DNA of 62,137 nt, counting the filler, from Piptocephalis cylindrospora (lineage: Eukaryota): the NCBI GenBank assembly GCA_003614145.1. It is 19 parts of 19 records of this genome, joined end to end, with 100 filler letters (N's around TTAATTAATTAA, not from the genome) between each part and the next. Parts side by side here need not be neighbours in the genome. Positions count along the whole stretch, not along the records: positions 9,952 to 13,165 come from KZ988720.1; positions 13,266 to 16,467 come from KZ988721.1; positions 16,568 to 19,769 come from KZ988722.1; positions 19,870 to 23,070 come from KZ988723.1; positions 23,171 to 26,370 come from KZ988724.1; 14 more parts are not named here. The stretch is one strand, 5' to 3'. Made by a program: the position numbers and the translations under genes. The notes below the pieces were generated by a model. It did not search any database and was not told the origin of the DNA. It saw only the letters and a list, made by a program, of their open reading frames with translations. Positions 11,631 to 24,517 of the stretch are shown piece by piece. The number at the start of each line of letters is the position of its first letter. Positions within the stretch are counted from its first letter, which is position 1.

Positions 11631-12428
11631 CTACTCTAGGGGCTTTCGAGCAAGGACAAGAACTTGGTCCCAAGCAATTCTAAACGATTCATCCTCCGCA
11701 ATCCCTGCATTGCGGATAAGTTCAATGACCTCATCAATGGGGTCCTTCCCAGGAGCTCCCATCTCCTTCCATTTCTTGTAGGGGGACCAGGTGCGAAGGA
11801 ACGCTCGGAGACTGGCAGGGGTCAAGGATTGCTCCCCCATAACCCCCGCATGCCCCTCCCGTCCTTCCCAGGTCTTACGGTCCACATCTCTGAGAGAAGG
11901 AAAGGTGTAGACGGCGTACCGACCATCCAAGACCTCCCGTCCCTGAGCCCAGTATGACCCAAATCTTCCCTGGCCAAGATCTTTGATAACTTCAGAGATG
12001 GTCGGATGGTCCAGGATGTGCATCCAAGAGTACCCGACCAGGGCCACAGTGCCTCCGGGACGAAGAAGACGGGTTACCTCCGCCTCAAAGGCCTTAGGAT
12101 CAAACCAGTGTGCGGCCTCTGCGGATACGATCAAATCAACGGTTCCATCCTTCTCCGGGAGATTCTCGGCCTTGCTGACCCCATACTTGACATTAGGAAT
12201 GGCAATGGCCTGCTCAATCATGGCCGGTAAAGCATCGTACGCATGGATGGTCTTGAAATCTCCAGAGATGAGGGTGGCCATCTGGCCTGTTCCAGTTCCT
12301 ACATCCACAGCAAGGTCCCGGCCTCCCTGATGATAGTCCAGGATGAGGGATTGGAGCTCAGGCGTGTATGTGGGTCTCTCGGCCGCATAAGCCTTTGCAT
12401 CATAATCTGGTGAGGTATTACTTGTCAT
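11631..12428 (-). CDS. Class I SAM-dependent methyltransferase (Methyltransf_11, Crg1/Tmt1-like), intronless
   Basis: YAAERPTY, AVDVGTGTGQ, AENLP..GTVDLI, AEAAHWFD, LRPGG. Confidence 0.92.
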   Translation of the reverse strand: MTSNTSPDYDAKAYAAERPTYTPELQSLILDYHQGGRDLAVDVGTGTGQMATLISGDFKTIHAYDALPAMIEQAIAIPNVKYGVSKAENLPEKDGTVDLIVSAEAAHWFDPKAFEAEVTRLLRPGGTVALVGYSWMHILDHPTISEVIKDLGQGRFGSYWAQGREVLDGRYAVYTFPSLRDVDRKTWEGREGHAGVMGEQSLTPASLRAFLRTWSPYKKWKEMGAPGKDPIDEVIELIRNAGIAEDESFRIAWDQVLVLARKPLE

Positions 12429-13265
12429 GGTTACTAAGACGAGCCGAAAGGTTATGGAAGTGGACGAAGTATGAGGTAGAGTGTGGATAAAGTATGGGGT
12501 GGAGTGTGGATGACCAGGGGGTTCAATATATTTATAAGGAATGGAACGTGAGGCACGTCAGCTCAGAGTGAGATGGGCAGGGCTATGACGAAGTCCATAT
12601 TATGTCAGGAAGGTGGGCGAGGAGGGGCCTGAGAATCCTCTTGCACAGTTCTCAGGATCCGTGAGTTGTATGACATGGCCTGAGGTGTATATCCTGGAGC
12701 TGGCGGGACTAGTTTCGGGGGGTCATTGTGCCGATTTGATGTCGGAGAGAGAGGCCAGGGTGTGGGGAAATTGGATTGCACCTCATCATTAGAGGGCGCC
12801 TCAAGCATGGTACGCGGTTTATCGTGGAAAGCTGGTTCACCACCATGAGGTTTGGACCATTGCGTTTTGCTGGCCATCACAACCTTGAAGGGGAGGATTG
12901 GGTCGGATAATTCCTATAAATAAATAACGTAGTACCTTTAAAGCTGGACTTACCCCAGGACACAGGATGAATAGCGAGATGAGATGAGATGCCATGATGG
13001 GTGGATAGCCGACTGTGTCCACACTCATATCTCCATTTCCATATCACAGCGGATATGGTCTTATTTGGGAGAATTGGGCGATACTAAAAAATAAACAAAA
13101 ATCTATCGGTCAACCTTCCATTCCTCGCTTCCCCATCTTTCATTCCTCCCATCTTCAGCGACATGNNNNNNNNNNNNNNNNNNNNNNNNNNNNNNNNNNN
13201 NNNNNNNNNTTAATTAATTAANNNNNNNNNNNNNNNNNNNNNNNNNNNNNNNNNNNNNNNNNNNN

Positions 13266-13435
13266 ATCCTTGTTCAAGTACTCTAAGTCTCCACCCTTAG
13301 AATCACCTTGTCTTCTTCACTAAAAGATCATTCATGGACGAATGTAGAGGGGTTAGCGGTAAAGGAAGAAGGCGGTCTTTGTGAAGAAGACAAGGTGATT
13401 CTAAGGGTGGAGACTTAGAGTACTTGAACAAGGAT
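13266..13435. repeat. Perfect 55-bp inverted repeat (13266-13320 / 13381-13435) with 60-nt spacer at contig start
   Basis: ATCCTTGTTC...TTCTTCAC is the exact reverse complement of GTGAAGAAG...AACAAGGAT. Confidence 0.95.
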
Positions 13436-13672
13436 CGGGCTGAAGTTCTCATGCAGAATAAGGATAATGTTGCATGGGGCTCAAGGGTGTCCTTGCCCTT
13501 TGTAGTGCATGGTTAAGGGAGGGACGGAGTCATGATAAGCACTCCTATGTGCATAGTAGGCGCTACCCAACAGTACCATGATTCAACGTGGGCACAGCAG
13601 AAACGGACACAAATGTGCAATGCATTTTCATGTGAACGAGAAAAGAAGAATTCAGGCCTAGATCATCTCCGC

Positions 13673-16438
13673 TTAAGTAAAGTACATGGCAGTCTTGAGA
13701 CGTTCCTTAATCGGAGTCAAGGGTGGGATCCCAGGGATGGCCGTGGAGGATACGGAGCCTGTCTCACTCCCTGCCTCGCTCCATCCCTCTCCCTCAGTGC
13801 CAAAATGGGCCCTCGCCCGGGCGACCACCTGGTCAGCGTAATAGACGGCGGGGACGATGCGGACAGCTCGAGTAGCCCTCCCATATAGATAGCACATGTC
13901 ATTGATCAGGGCCTGGAGAGAATCACTCCCTATCTTTATCTCATCGTGCAAGACATGGTAGTGGGTGGGACGAGATGTGCCCTGCAGCCCGGCGTGGGAC
14001 TGAACGTAAAAATCGTACTCAGAGGGATGAGTGATGCTCCGGTCGACCGTTGTTCCCGGGAGACAATTGCCCGATCGATCAGCAGGCCCACCGCGTCCTA
14101 AGGGGAAGAAACGTACATGGTGCCTCTTCTGCACGACGATGAAGCTTAGCTTGGGATTATAGCCGGGCTGAACGGAATGACAACCTTTTTTAATGGCTGG
14201 AATCTCTGTCCGAAGCAGTTCCTGAAACATCCCCTCCCCCACCCCATCCCGAAAGAAGAGGATGCGTGCGGGCTTGTTTCTCGTGGCTTGGAAGAAGGCC
14301 TTGAGAGCCCCCACCATCATGGTTTCCAAGCCCTCAATAATCTCCATACGGCTCTTCTGGGTAGCAGCCGTGGCGTAGAAACGAACAGGGGCGGCATGGT
14401 TGGAAGAGGCAATGCCAGCGATCGAGGGTTGGCGTCCGGACCCAGGATCCGGGTGGATGACATCTGCACCCACCACTAATGTGGGGGCTTGAGCGTAAAA
14501 GGAAGCTGTGGATGACTGAGGGTCTGGAGACAAGATATGGTTTACCCCGCCAAGCTTGAGGTTGATTTTCAGCCCGACATTGGCACAATACTGCTTGTTG
14601 GGTCGTATGACATGCCGGAACAAACAGCATTGGGTGGGGATACCCAGATCCGTCTCAAAGATGCGTTTGATCTCCGTGTAAATTGGAATGGATCGATCCC
14701 GAAGGATACAGAGAACAATTTGGTTCGGATCCTCTCTATTGGACCGGGCTTCAGGATTACCTACCAGGTAGGTGGTTCGAATGGCATTGGTGAGGTTTTG
14801 GTTGGATTGAGGGATGATGGGAGGGAGGATCTTGGGGTTTCTGGCCGACGTCTCTACACGAATACCCGAGTCAGAGAGGACAATGAGAAGCTCCCGGACG
14901 AACTCTTCAATCTGACGGGGTTTTATGTCACGATAGGACGCAAACACCATGACCATCCACCGACGGAGGGAAGCACCCTTATAGAGACGTTTTGCCCGAA
15001 GGTTCCAAGCTCCATTGGCTGGAGCAAACCGACTCTCGCGTGAATCATGATGGTACGCAATAGTAGGTGCAGGGAGGACACGGGCACGAACGGAGACGGG
15101 CTGATTCCCGATACGGACGCCAAAATCCAGAAGATCAGGATTGGTGTTATGACGCAAGAGATTAACGCCTTCTTGAATGACCTTTTGTCGGACAAAAGGC
15201 TTGACCGCCGTCACGCGAATCATATCCGAGGTCTGATCCGGCCCCAATTTTCTGCGGTACACCTGGCCAGGCTCCACAACACACACTTCCATGGGGAGGA
15301 GAGCTTTCTTGGATGTACGCCTTGGGATGAGAGAATGTCTGAGTTAGCTTTTGAAGACATGGGGTGAGCTGTAACCATGAAAGGAAGGAGTGACTTACAC
15401 ACACGGAAGAAAAGGAAATCGCAGACGGATGTTATATCGCTGATGGAAATATTGGGCCACGTTCATCTTTTTGACATTGGAGGGAAAGGTTGAGGGTGAG
15501 AAGAAGAGCAACGATATCTGAACGCATTTGACTATACTGCTTTTTTATGCCTTACTTTAGCTCCATTTTCTTGGGTGAAAAAGGTAGAGGAAGCAGGAGT
15601 GCGTGTAATCCCTTGAAGTGAGTACCGGGGCTTGAAATCTGCACCACGGTGCGTGACGTCGATGCGCATGGTCCGGACGTACCGATCAAGCAAGGGAAAA
15701 TCCCGATCATGGATTTCGCCGCGCCACGCCTGAGGGTTACGAATACCAAGGATTTTGGGTAAGAGAGTGGTCAAGGGACCCGGAGGATAAAAGGCGCGAG
15801 AGGCAATGTCGCACAAGAGCAGCATTTGATCTTGGGCAGGCCTGACGGATTGGTAGAGGCCCTGACGTACGACGAGGCCTCCAGAGATGGGATGCTCCTT
15901 GGGGGAAATAAACGTGGACTTGCCATCAAAAATGTATTTGCGCTGGGCATCGTACCGGACGAGGATGTCCAGAGCCTGGACAATGACCGCGTCAGTCAAG
16001 GAGCCCTTACGCTGGAGGAATCGCTGAAGTTCGGTAATGTCAATCCGATTGACGAGAGCCAGGGTCACCTTGAAATTCTCGTGACGGGCGCTAATCCCAG
16101 CTGTGGACGCGAGGGAAACGAGGAAGGTCTCTGGGCCATGGGGGATAGACAGAAGAGGCTTGATGGAGAAGGCGTTGGCCCGTCCATCATGAATAACACG
16201 AGGCCCCCCCGGGCTGGGTCTGCCAGTGTTGCTGGATGCAGGCTTGAAACACACGATGGAGGACCTTTGGCGGAACTTCCGGCTGGATATGCACATCGTA
16301 ATGAAGGACGGCCTTGGGTGGGAGAGAGGAGATGGGATAGAAATTGGTGCTAATTTCCATGGACCTTCCCCTCTTCCCACCATTGTCTGGTCGGCGGGGC
16401 AGGTTTAGGTTTTGGGACGATGGTCGAGTGGTGGTCAT
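13673..16438 (-). CDS. AGO: Argonaute (N, L1, PAZ, MID, PIWI); two introns in the PAZ region; apparent frameshift at G7 run 16204-16210
   Basis: TNFY, HDGRAN, GLYQSVRP, LPMEVC, GIPTQC, LKINLKLGG, GADVIHP, RDGVGEG, QKRHH, QGTSRPTHY, PAVYYAD. Confidence 0.95.
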
Positions 16439-16937
16439 GTCAAGGAGACGTGGGTAGAAATGCAATCNNNNNNNNNNNNNNNNNNNNNNNNNNNNNNNNN
16501 NNNNNNNNNNNTTAATTAATTAANNNNNNNNNNNNNNNNNNNNNNNNNNNNNNNNNNNNNNNNNNNNCATAGGAAAAAGGGGAAATTGTAATTTTCCCAA
16601 TACATTTCGCTGTTTACTACTACTACAAAAATCCGCCCCACCGCCCACCGGAGAAAAAAATATTCAATTGTTACTGCCACAGAGACAGGAAAAGTGTCAA
16701 TAGATTGTAGAGACCTGAAAGTGGAAGTATATGCGAAAGGCGATTGCAGGGTACCCACTTTCCCAGTGCGGATGAATGGGTTAATTAGTTAACTAGGATG
16801 GATTCGTCCATGGAGTTCGTTTGCACAGCACAAGCACAGCTCATAAGAGGTAATTAAGCCATTCCTATTAGACAAAAACACTTTCTATCTCCTTCCTCAC
16901 CCCATTCACCAGGCCAAGCCATTCCAGATCCTTCTTT

Positions 16938-19458
16938 TTACTCTGTGATCTGCAAGAATGGGTGCTTGAGGAGGACCTGAGCCGTAGGGCGTTCGGCGTA
17001 ATCGCTAATGGATGGGAAGAGTTAATTGATTAGCTAACATAACTCATCCCACCCAAGATCCTAGTGCACCGAGGTGCAGTATTTACTTACGTAATAAAGG
17101 TCTGAGTTAAAAAGTCACTGGCTACATCGCTAATGCCCTCGGGGATATCAGGAGAGGAGTCAGACCCAATGCGGAAGATGGCCTGCATCTGGTCAGCCTC
17201 AGGGAAGGGGTGCTCTCCGGTGAACATCTCAACGACAAGGCAGCCTAAGGACCAAATATCGGCCTTTCGCGTGTAGTGCTGCTTTTTGACCACTTCCGGA
17301 GCCATCCAAAAGACCGAACCCTGGAGGGAGGCTCGGGCTAGGCCACGACCCCCCTCTCCTTCATCGACCTTCTGGGAGATACCAAAGTCACTGATCTTGA
17401 CGACACCCTTGTTATCCACAAGGATATTTCCACCCTTGATGTCCCGATGGATGATTTCCCGGTCATGAAGATAGCCTAGGCCGGCGAGGATCTGCTTGAC
17501 AAAGGTTCGAACCAGGGACTCTGAAAAGGCCCCATAGGAGGAGAGCATAGAAGAGACAGAGCCGCCAGGGACGTACTCGAGAAGGATATTGAAGAAACCA
17601 TCGGCCATCTCGGATCCGAGGTAACGGACAATGTTCTCATGATAGAGATCCTCGAGAAAGTTGATTTCCTTTTGCAAGGCCAAAAACATTGTCTTTTTGT
17701 GGGCTTCAACCTTGGCGAGAGCCCCTCCATCTTCCTCCTCGGCACCTGCCTCAGTCTCGGGGATCTGCACTTGCTTGGCTGCGAGGAGTTCCCCATTCAT
17801 CTGATTCAGGCCGAGGTAGACATTTCCAAAACTCCCTGTCCCAATAAGCGCGCCTTTCATCCACTTTATAATTGGAGCTAGCACTAAGAGGAGGGTGAGG
17901 TGAGGGGAAAAGAATGACACTAATGATGTAAAAAGACGACTTACTTGGGGTCGAGGAATATTGAGGAATATTCTCTTCCTCATCTTCCTCCCCCCCTTCT
18001 ACATCACCTTCGTCCTTTCTGTGATCGACCGCCTCATCCCTTTCCTTGGCTTCCACTTCTCCTTCTTTCTTTTCCTCCCTTTCCCTCTCCTTCTCCTCCT
18101 CTTCCTCCTCTCGTAGAGTCTCTTCAATGGAATCGGAGACATGGGGTTCACCATTCAATTTCCTCAGAGCCCCTCCTCGACTATCCCCAGTGGAGTGGGC
18201 AGAGCCCTTGCTGCCAGAGCGGCGCATAGGATGGGCCAATTGTCGGGCAAGAATACGTTGCTCGTTATCAGGGAAATAAGCGGAGAGGTTTTGACCAATG
18301 AGGTCACTCTCAGGTCGTTCACCATAAAAATTGCTGGCCCTGTTGGCCGCTGCCATGGTTAGTCTTCGGGAATCCTGTTCGGCCCCTCCTTTTCTTCTCT
18401 GTCCGTCATTAGTAGAAAAGGAGGAAGAGGAAGAGGAAGAATCCGTAGATCCCAAGGAAGGCATGGGATGAGAGGAGGCCTCCTCGAACCTCTGTTCAAT
18501 CTTCTTGGTCTTGTGCTTTCTCCGGTACTCTTCAGTCTTAGGGAGCTCGTAAGTACGACGGAGGATAAGCTTGTACTTGTCCACCTGACCCGGAGACTTG
18601 CAGATGCGGACAACGTCCTCATCGGTTAGGGCACCTCGGGTGGAGGTGGGGAGGAAAAGGGAGTAGGACTGGGGGTCTTCAGAATCCAGGTGGAACTTAT
18701 GCACGATGGCCNNNNNNNNNNGTGAGGAAAAGAAAGAAGGACTGGGGGTCTTCAGCATCCAGGTGGAACTTATGCAAGATGGCCCCAAGAATTTCCCGGG
18801 CCGTATTTGCCTGTTGCACATTGACGGCGGATGCCTGGCCACCGGGATCGGTGACACGGATTATATGCTGTCTCAGGCTTTCGGGATCGGCTTTGCCCAA
18901 CCCTGGTGTCAGAGGAGGATTGGTAGGGATGGAGGAGTTGGGGGTGGATACGGAGGATGGGGGGAAGGCACCATTGATGTCTGAAGCAACACTATCTCTG
19001 GAGGGTGGAAGGGGATTGGCCAGACGGGAAGGGATGGTCTTAGGACCTTTGGTGGCCCCCTTTCCATTCCAGGGATTAGGTAGGGGAGCCCCATCAGCTT
19101 GCCTTCCTGTCAGTCCCACCAAGCCTTCATCGTAACCGGCATTCTAGATAGGGAGGATGTATGTAAGAGCGTGGCGCAAGAGCCGGTGCCTCGCTGCTCC
19201 ACTTACAGCAATATGTCGCCGACGAACTTCGGAGGCGTAGGCACGACGAAGGGAGCGAATGGCAGTGAGGAGGCGGACTCGCTCACCCACGGTCTCTACC
19301 TCTAATTCCTTGAGGAGGGTATTATCGAGCTGAAGAAGCACCCCTCCAGTCACGTCGTTCTTCACAAAGGTCGCTTCCAAGTGGGACATGTGGAGGGACC
19401 GAAGCCAGGAGCCGACCTGGGCCTCGTCCCAGGAGCCAACAGAAGCCAAATCTTCCAT
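16938..19458 (-). CDS. STE11: MAP kinase kinase kinase Ste11/Byr2 (SAM, Ras-association, kinase); spliced, internal N10 gap
   Basis: SAM WDEAQVGSWL...VGERVRLL; kinase WMKGALIGTGSFGNVYLG, HRDIKGGN, DFG, LQGSVFWMAPEVVK. Confidence 0.93.
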
Positions 19459-19685
19459 GGTATTCAAGGACAACGAAGATGAGGAGAGGATGGAGGGTGA
19501 GGGTGAGAGGGGAGGGGAGAGTTGGGAAAAAGGGTAAAGGATGATAGAGAATGGTCTCCCAGTCCTTCTGCAAGAAGCAGGATAGTCAGACTTTTCTTGA
19601 TGGACGGGTGGCTTGGGAAGAAAGCGGAGATTCAAGGATAGAGATACATAGATAATGAGGCGCAGTGTAAAAGTAAAAGATAGAA

Positions 19686-19767
19686 CGACAAGAGCAGGAT
19701 TTGAACCTACGCGGGATGAACCCATGTGATTTCTAGTCACACGCCTTAACCACTCGGCCATCTTGTC
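19686..19767 (-). tRNA. tRNA-Ser (AGA)
   Basis: GACAAGATGGCCGAGTGGTTAAGGCG TGTGA-CTAGAAA-TCACA, long variable arm, GGTTCAAATCC, acceptor stem GACAAGA/TCTTGTC; 82 nt. Confidence 0.96.
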
Positions 19768-19869
19768 TTNNNNNNNNNNNNNNNNNNNNNNNNNNNNNNN
19801 NNNNNNNNNNNNNTTAATTAATTAANNNNNNNNNNNNNNNNNNNNNNNNNNNNNNNNNNNNNNNNNNNN

Positions 19870-21216
<1,347 letters not shown>

Positions 21217-21630
21217 TCGTATAGGAGAGACTGGAAGGCTGAATAGCGGACAAGTGTGTGATTGTGGTGGGAAAGGCATGAAATAAGGATATACACATGT
21301 GGTTGATGAAAATGATGATTGCGTAAATAAAGGGTTCGGCGGAGACACCGTTTTATTGAATCTTGCTTACCGGAAGCAAGGGGGGGGGGGGAAAGGGGGA
21401 GAAAGAGAGCCCCACACACAAGAGGAGGAGAGAAGGGGCAGAAGGGAAAGGCCATGACTGTGCACGGCACAAGTAGGCATGGCGGTCCCTCTTACACTCA
21501 CTTGTCCTCCATCGGCCTATCGTCCATCCTATCATTCTTTGTTCTTCCCTACACAACCTTGTCCTCATTCATCGCAACGTCCAGTTTAAAGGAAGAGATG
21601 CTGCAGGCAAAAGGGAAGCAAATAATGCGA

Positions 21631-22977
21631 TTAGTAGCAGCCCGAAGGATCAGGGGAACCGGAGATACCAAAGGCCTTGTAGACGGCCTGGTAGATGGCG
21701 AAACGCTTGGGAGCGTTGGTGGACTCGCCCTTGCCGCACTCGATATCACCGTTGATCTTCATGGTGGTGGCACCAAAGGCGCCGGAGAGAGCAGTGGCAT
21801 GCACATGCTTCTTCCAGTACCAAGCGGCAGTAGCCCAGGCGACCTTCTCGTTAGTGGCGACCTGGTCGGGGTTACTCCAAAGACGATCATCACCGTAGAG
21901 ATCTTGGGAGCACTCCTTGTAATTGGCGGACCAAGAGAGTTGCATGTAACCACGACCATAGTAGGACTTTCCAGGAGCATCGGAGGAGGAGCTGTACTCG
22001 CCGGGACAACCCGATTCACAGGCCACCTCCTTCAGAAGCACCAGACCGCCGGATTCCCAGATGATCTGGGCCAGGAACATGGCCAATTCCTTCTTGGACG
22101 TGATGCCTCCGGTAGTGATGGCTTCGGCCATGAAAGCGGCGTACTTTGTGGTAGAGACCGTGCCATAGCCGGCCGAAGTGAGGGCGCTAGAAAATTCAGA
22201 GAGGGCACAGGAGATGCCCTTGACTACGCTAGCACCATCTTCGTCCGAATTATAGTCGGCGTTGGATGACTGGGCGGAAGAGGGCTCGGAGGACGAGGGG
22301 CTAGTGGAGGATGGCTTGGTGGAGGATGGCTTGGCGGGGATGATGGGCTCGGAGGCGTACGACTCATCATTGCCCTCACTCTGATTATCATTGGCCGAGA
22401 CATTGGAGGATGAGGTGGCAGGGGAGGAGTCTTCAGTTTCACCAGTACCCTCTTCATTGTCATCTTCCTCTCCCTCACTAGCATCCCCATCTTCATTGCT
22501 TTGATCATCATTGGTGGGTGCAGTAGAAGGTGGGGCGGTAGGGTAGGATGCGTCAGTCTCGTCGACATCCTCCTGGTCATCCTCTTCATTGTTCTGGTCA
22601 GCCTCTTCATTGTCCTGATCATCGTTGGAGCGGACAATGGGAGCGGAGGCTGCATGGTAGGATGCTTGAGTCTCGCTGGCATCCTGCTCATTATTACCAT
22701 TATTATCGTCACATTGGGTGGTCTTTGCCTCGTCGGATCCACCTGAGGAAGAGAGCTCACCGCAATAGCCGTTGGCACACTTGGTGCCGCGGGGACAGGC
22801 AAAAGAGACGATCTTGCCATTGGCACATTGGCTTAGGGTTTGGGAATCAACGCAGGAGTACTGGGATCCCGAGCAGGAGCCGCCAGTAGAGTAGGATCTT
22901 GGCCAAAGCACGCTTGCGAGGGCGAGATCCGAGCTCAGAATGGCCACCAAAGGTAGGGAAATGAGAGAGAGACGCAT
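21631..22977 (-). CDS. Secreted GH19 chitinase: signal peptide, Cys-rich chitin-binding-like module, acidic/Ser linker, GH19 domain
   Basis: MRLSLISLPLVAIL; CSGSQYSC..QCANG...CPRGTKC; ELAMFLAQIIWESGGL..LKE; YYGRGYMQLSWSANY; FGATTMKINGDIEC. Confidence 0.9.
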   Translation of the reverse strand: MRLSLISLPLVAILSSDLALASVLWPRSYSTGGSCSGSQYSCVDSQTLSQCANGKIVSFACPRGTKCANGYCGELSSSGGSDEAKTTQCDDNNGNNEQDASETQASYHAASAPIVRSNDDQDNEEADQNNEEDDQEDVDETDASYPTAPPSTAPTNDDQSNEDGDASEGEEDDNEEGTGETEDSSPATSSSNVSANDNQSEGNDESYASEPIIPAKPSSTKPSSTSPSSSEPSSAQSSNADYNSDEDGASVVKGISCALSEFSSALTSAGYGTVSTTKYAAFMAEAITTGGITSKKELAMFLAQIIWESGGLVLLKEVACESGCPGEYSSSSDAPGKSYYGRGYMQLSWSANYKECSQDLYGDDRLWSNPDQVATNEKVAWATAAWYWKKHVHATALSGAFGATTMKINGDIECGKGESTNAPKRFAIYQAVYKAFGISGSPDPSGCY

Positions 22978-23642
22978 GGTAATAGAGGATGATGAACGGG
23001 GGAAGGGTAAGGAAATCAATCCTTTAGTGGAATTCAATAAAATTGGGTGTTTGGCGGGGAGAGTGATTTANNNNNNNNNNNNNNNNNNNNNNNNNNNNNN
23101 NNNNNNNNNNNNNNTTAATTAATTAANNNNNNNNNNNNNNNNNNNNNNNNNNNNNNNNNNNNNNNNNNNNAAAGGAGAAGGAGGAGAAGGAGGAGAAGGA
23201 GGAGAAGGAGGATGAGACAGCTCAACAGGATAAGATACGGCTTGCTCCGGTAAAACAAGAGAGGAAAGAGGTACGAGAATTGGCCCCTCCCCCTACCCAG
23301 TCTGCCTCTTATGTTGTTGAGAGGAGAAGGAATGGAGAACAGGAAGAGGACGAAGAAGAAAAGACCGTGGAATGGGTGCCTCCCAAAGGCCAAACCGGTA
23401 AGAGGAGAGGTTGAATGGGGGGTGGGTGGACGTGCCCCTGTGTACTTATACCCCTTTTTTGGTGCATGTAGGGGATGGTCGAAGTGAGTTGAATGATCTG
23501 TATGGGTATTGAGTGGACGTGTTCTTGATGACGGTGATGGTGATGAGGACGAATTGATGATGGTAAAGAATCGACCATGTAAACCTCTACTATTGCTTGC
23601 ATGCCTACTTCCCCTCTCTCTCCTCTGTCTCTCTAGTTTCCC

Positions 23643-24517
23643 TCAGACCTGTCCTGAGGGTCTTAGATGATTGTACTTGGGTAGAATCTGATGGGTGTGG
23701 GGGATGGGAGGGTCAGTGACGAAAGGAGGATGTAGAGCACATGGAGACCTACCTCGCGAAGATACTCGAGATGACGTGCATGGAGGTTGATGTGATGAGC
23801 ATCGTTCATGTGTTGAACGCGTCGATCAAGTCTAGAGCCATAAATGACAGTCTTGTCGGGGATTTGCTCGGCCTCACCGGTTTGGCTTGCCTGGCCAATG
23901 ACACAATTACTGCCGATCATGGTGGCAGTCCTAACATGAGCTAATGCATGGGGGTGGGATGGTTGTAGCGATTGGTTGTATTTGGAGAGGAGAGACATGA
24001 CGCTCTAATGGACTTACATCGAGCCTCAAAGATGTTTTGATGTCCTACACGAGAAGCCTCGATTTCTAGAGCAGGGTGAGATACAGCTTCAAAGGAAAAT
24101 ATATAGCAAGAGGACTTACTGCTGGCCACCTCAAAGATATTCTCGTCCCCAATGAGGAGGGGTGAAGGACCCTTGTTGATGATGACGGCGTTCTCCTCGA
24201 TGATATTATTCCTTCCGAGGATAATGGGAGCTGTTTCGGCAATGATTCTGCACTTTGGGTGAAGGACACAGCCGGCGCCTGAGTGATTGACGAAGAGGGG
24301 GAAGAAGAGTTTAGGGGGTTGGGGGGCTAGGCTGGACGAACATGGACTGGTTTACCCTCGACCTACCCACGGTAATCTCCCCAATCAAAGAGGCTTCTTG
24401 ACACACAAGGGCTGTGCGGTCGACGATAGCACGTCTAGAGAATAGGATAAGTCTGGAAGAAAGGAGAGGTTGAAGGGATAAGGGTGCTTACTTTGCTGTT
24501 TGACTTGAAGAGAGCAT
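23643..24517 (-). CDS. DCTN6: Dynactin subunit 6 (p27), left-handed beta-helix; multi-exon
   Basis: Spliced reading ALVCQEASLIGEITV, CVLHPKCRIIAETAPIILGRNNIIEE, IGDENIFEV, VIYGS, LEYLRE|ILPKYNHL. Confidence 0.85.

Noticed and set aside
12605..13028. Short minus-strand ORFs upstream of the methyltransferase
   Set aside because: No recognisable motif or splice model
18651..18784. Near-duplicate ~60-bp segment in the STE11 RA domain
   Set aside because: The copies flank an N10 gap; most likely an unmerged scaffold overlap with end errors rather than a real duplication
21454..22269. 271-aa plus-strand ORF and other long antisense ORFs (e.g. 20347-20970, 36998-37612, 57977-58522)
   Set aside because: Antisense shadows of genuine codon-biased genes
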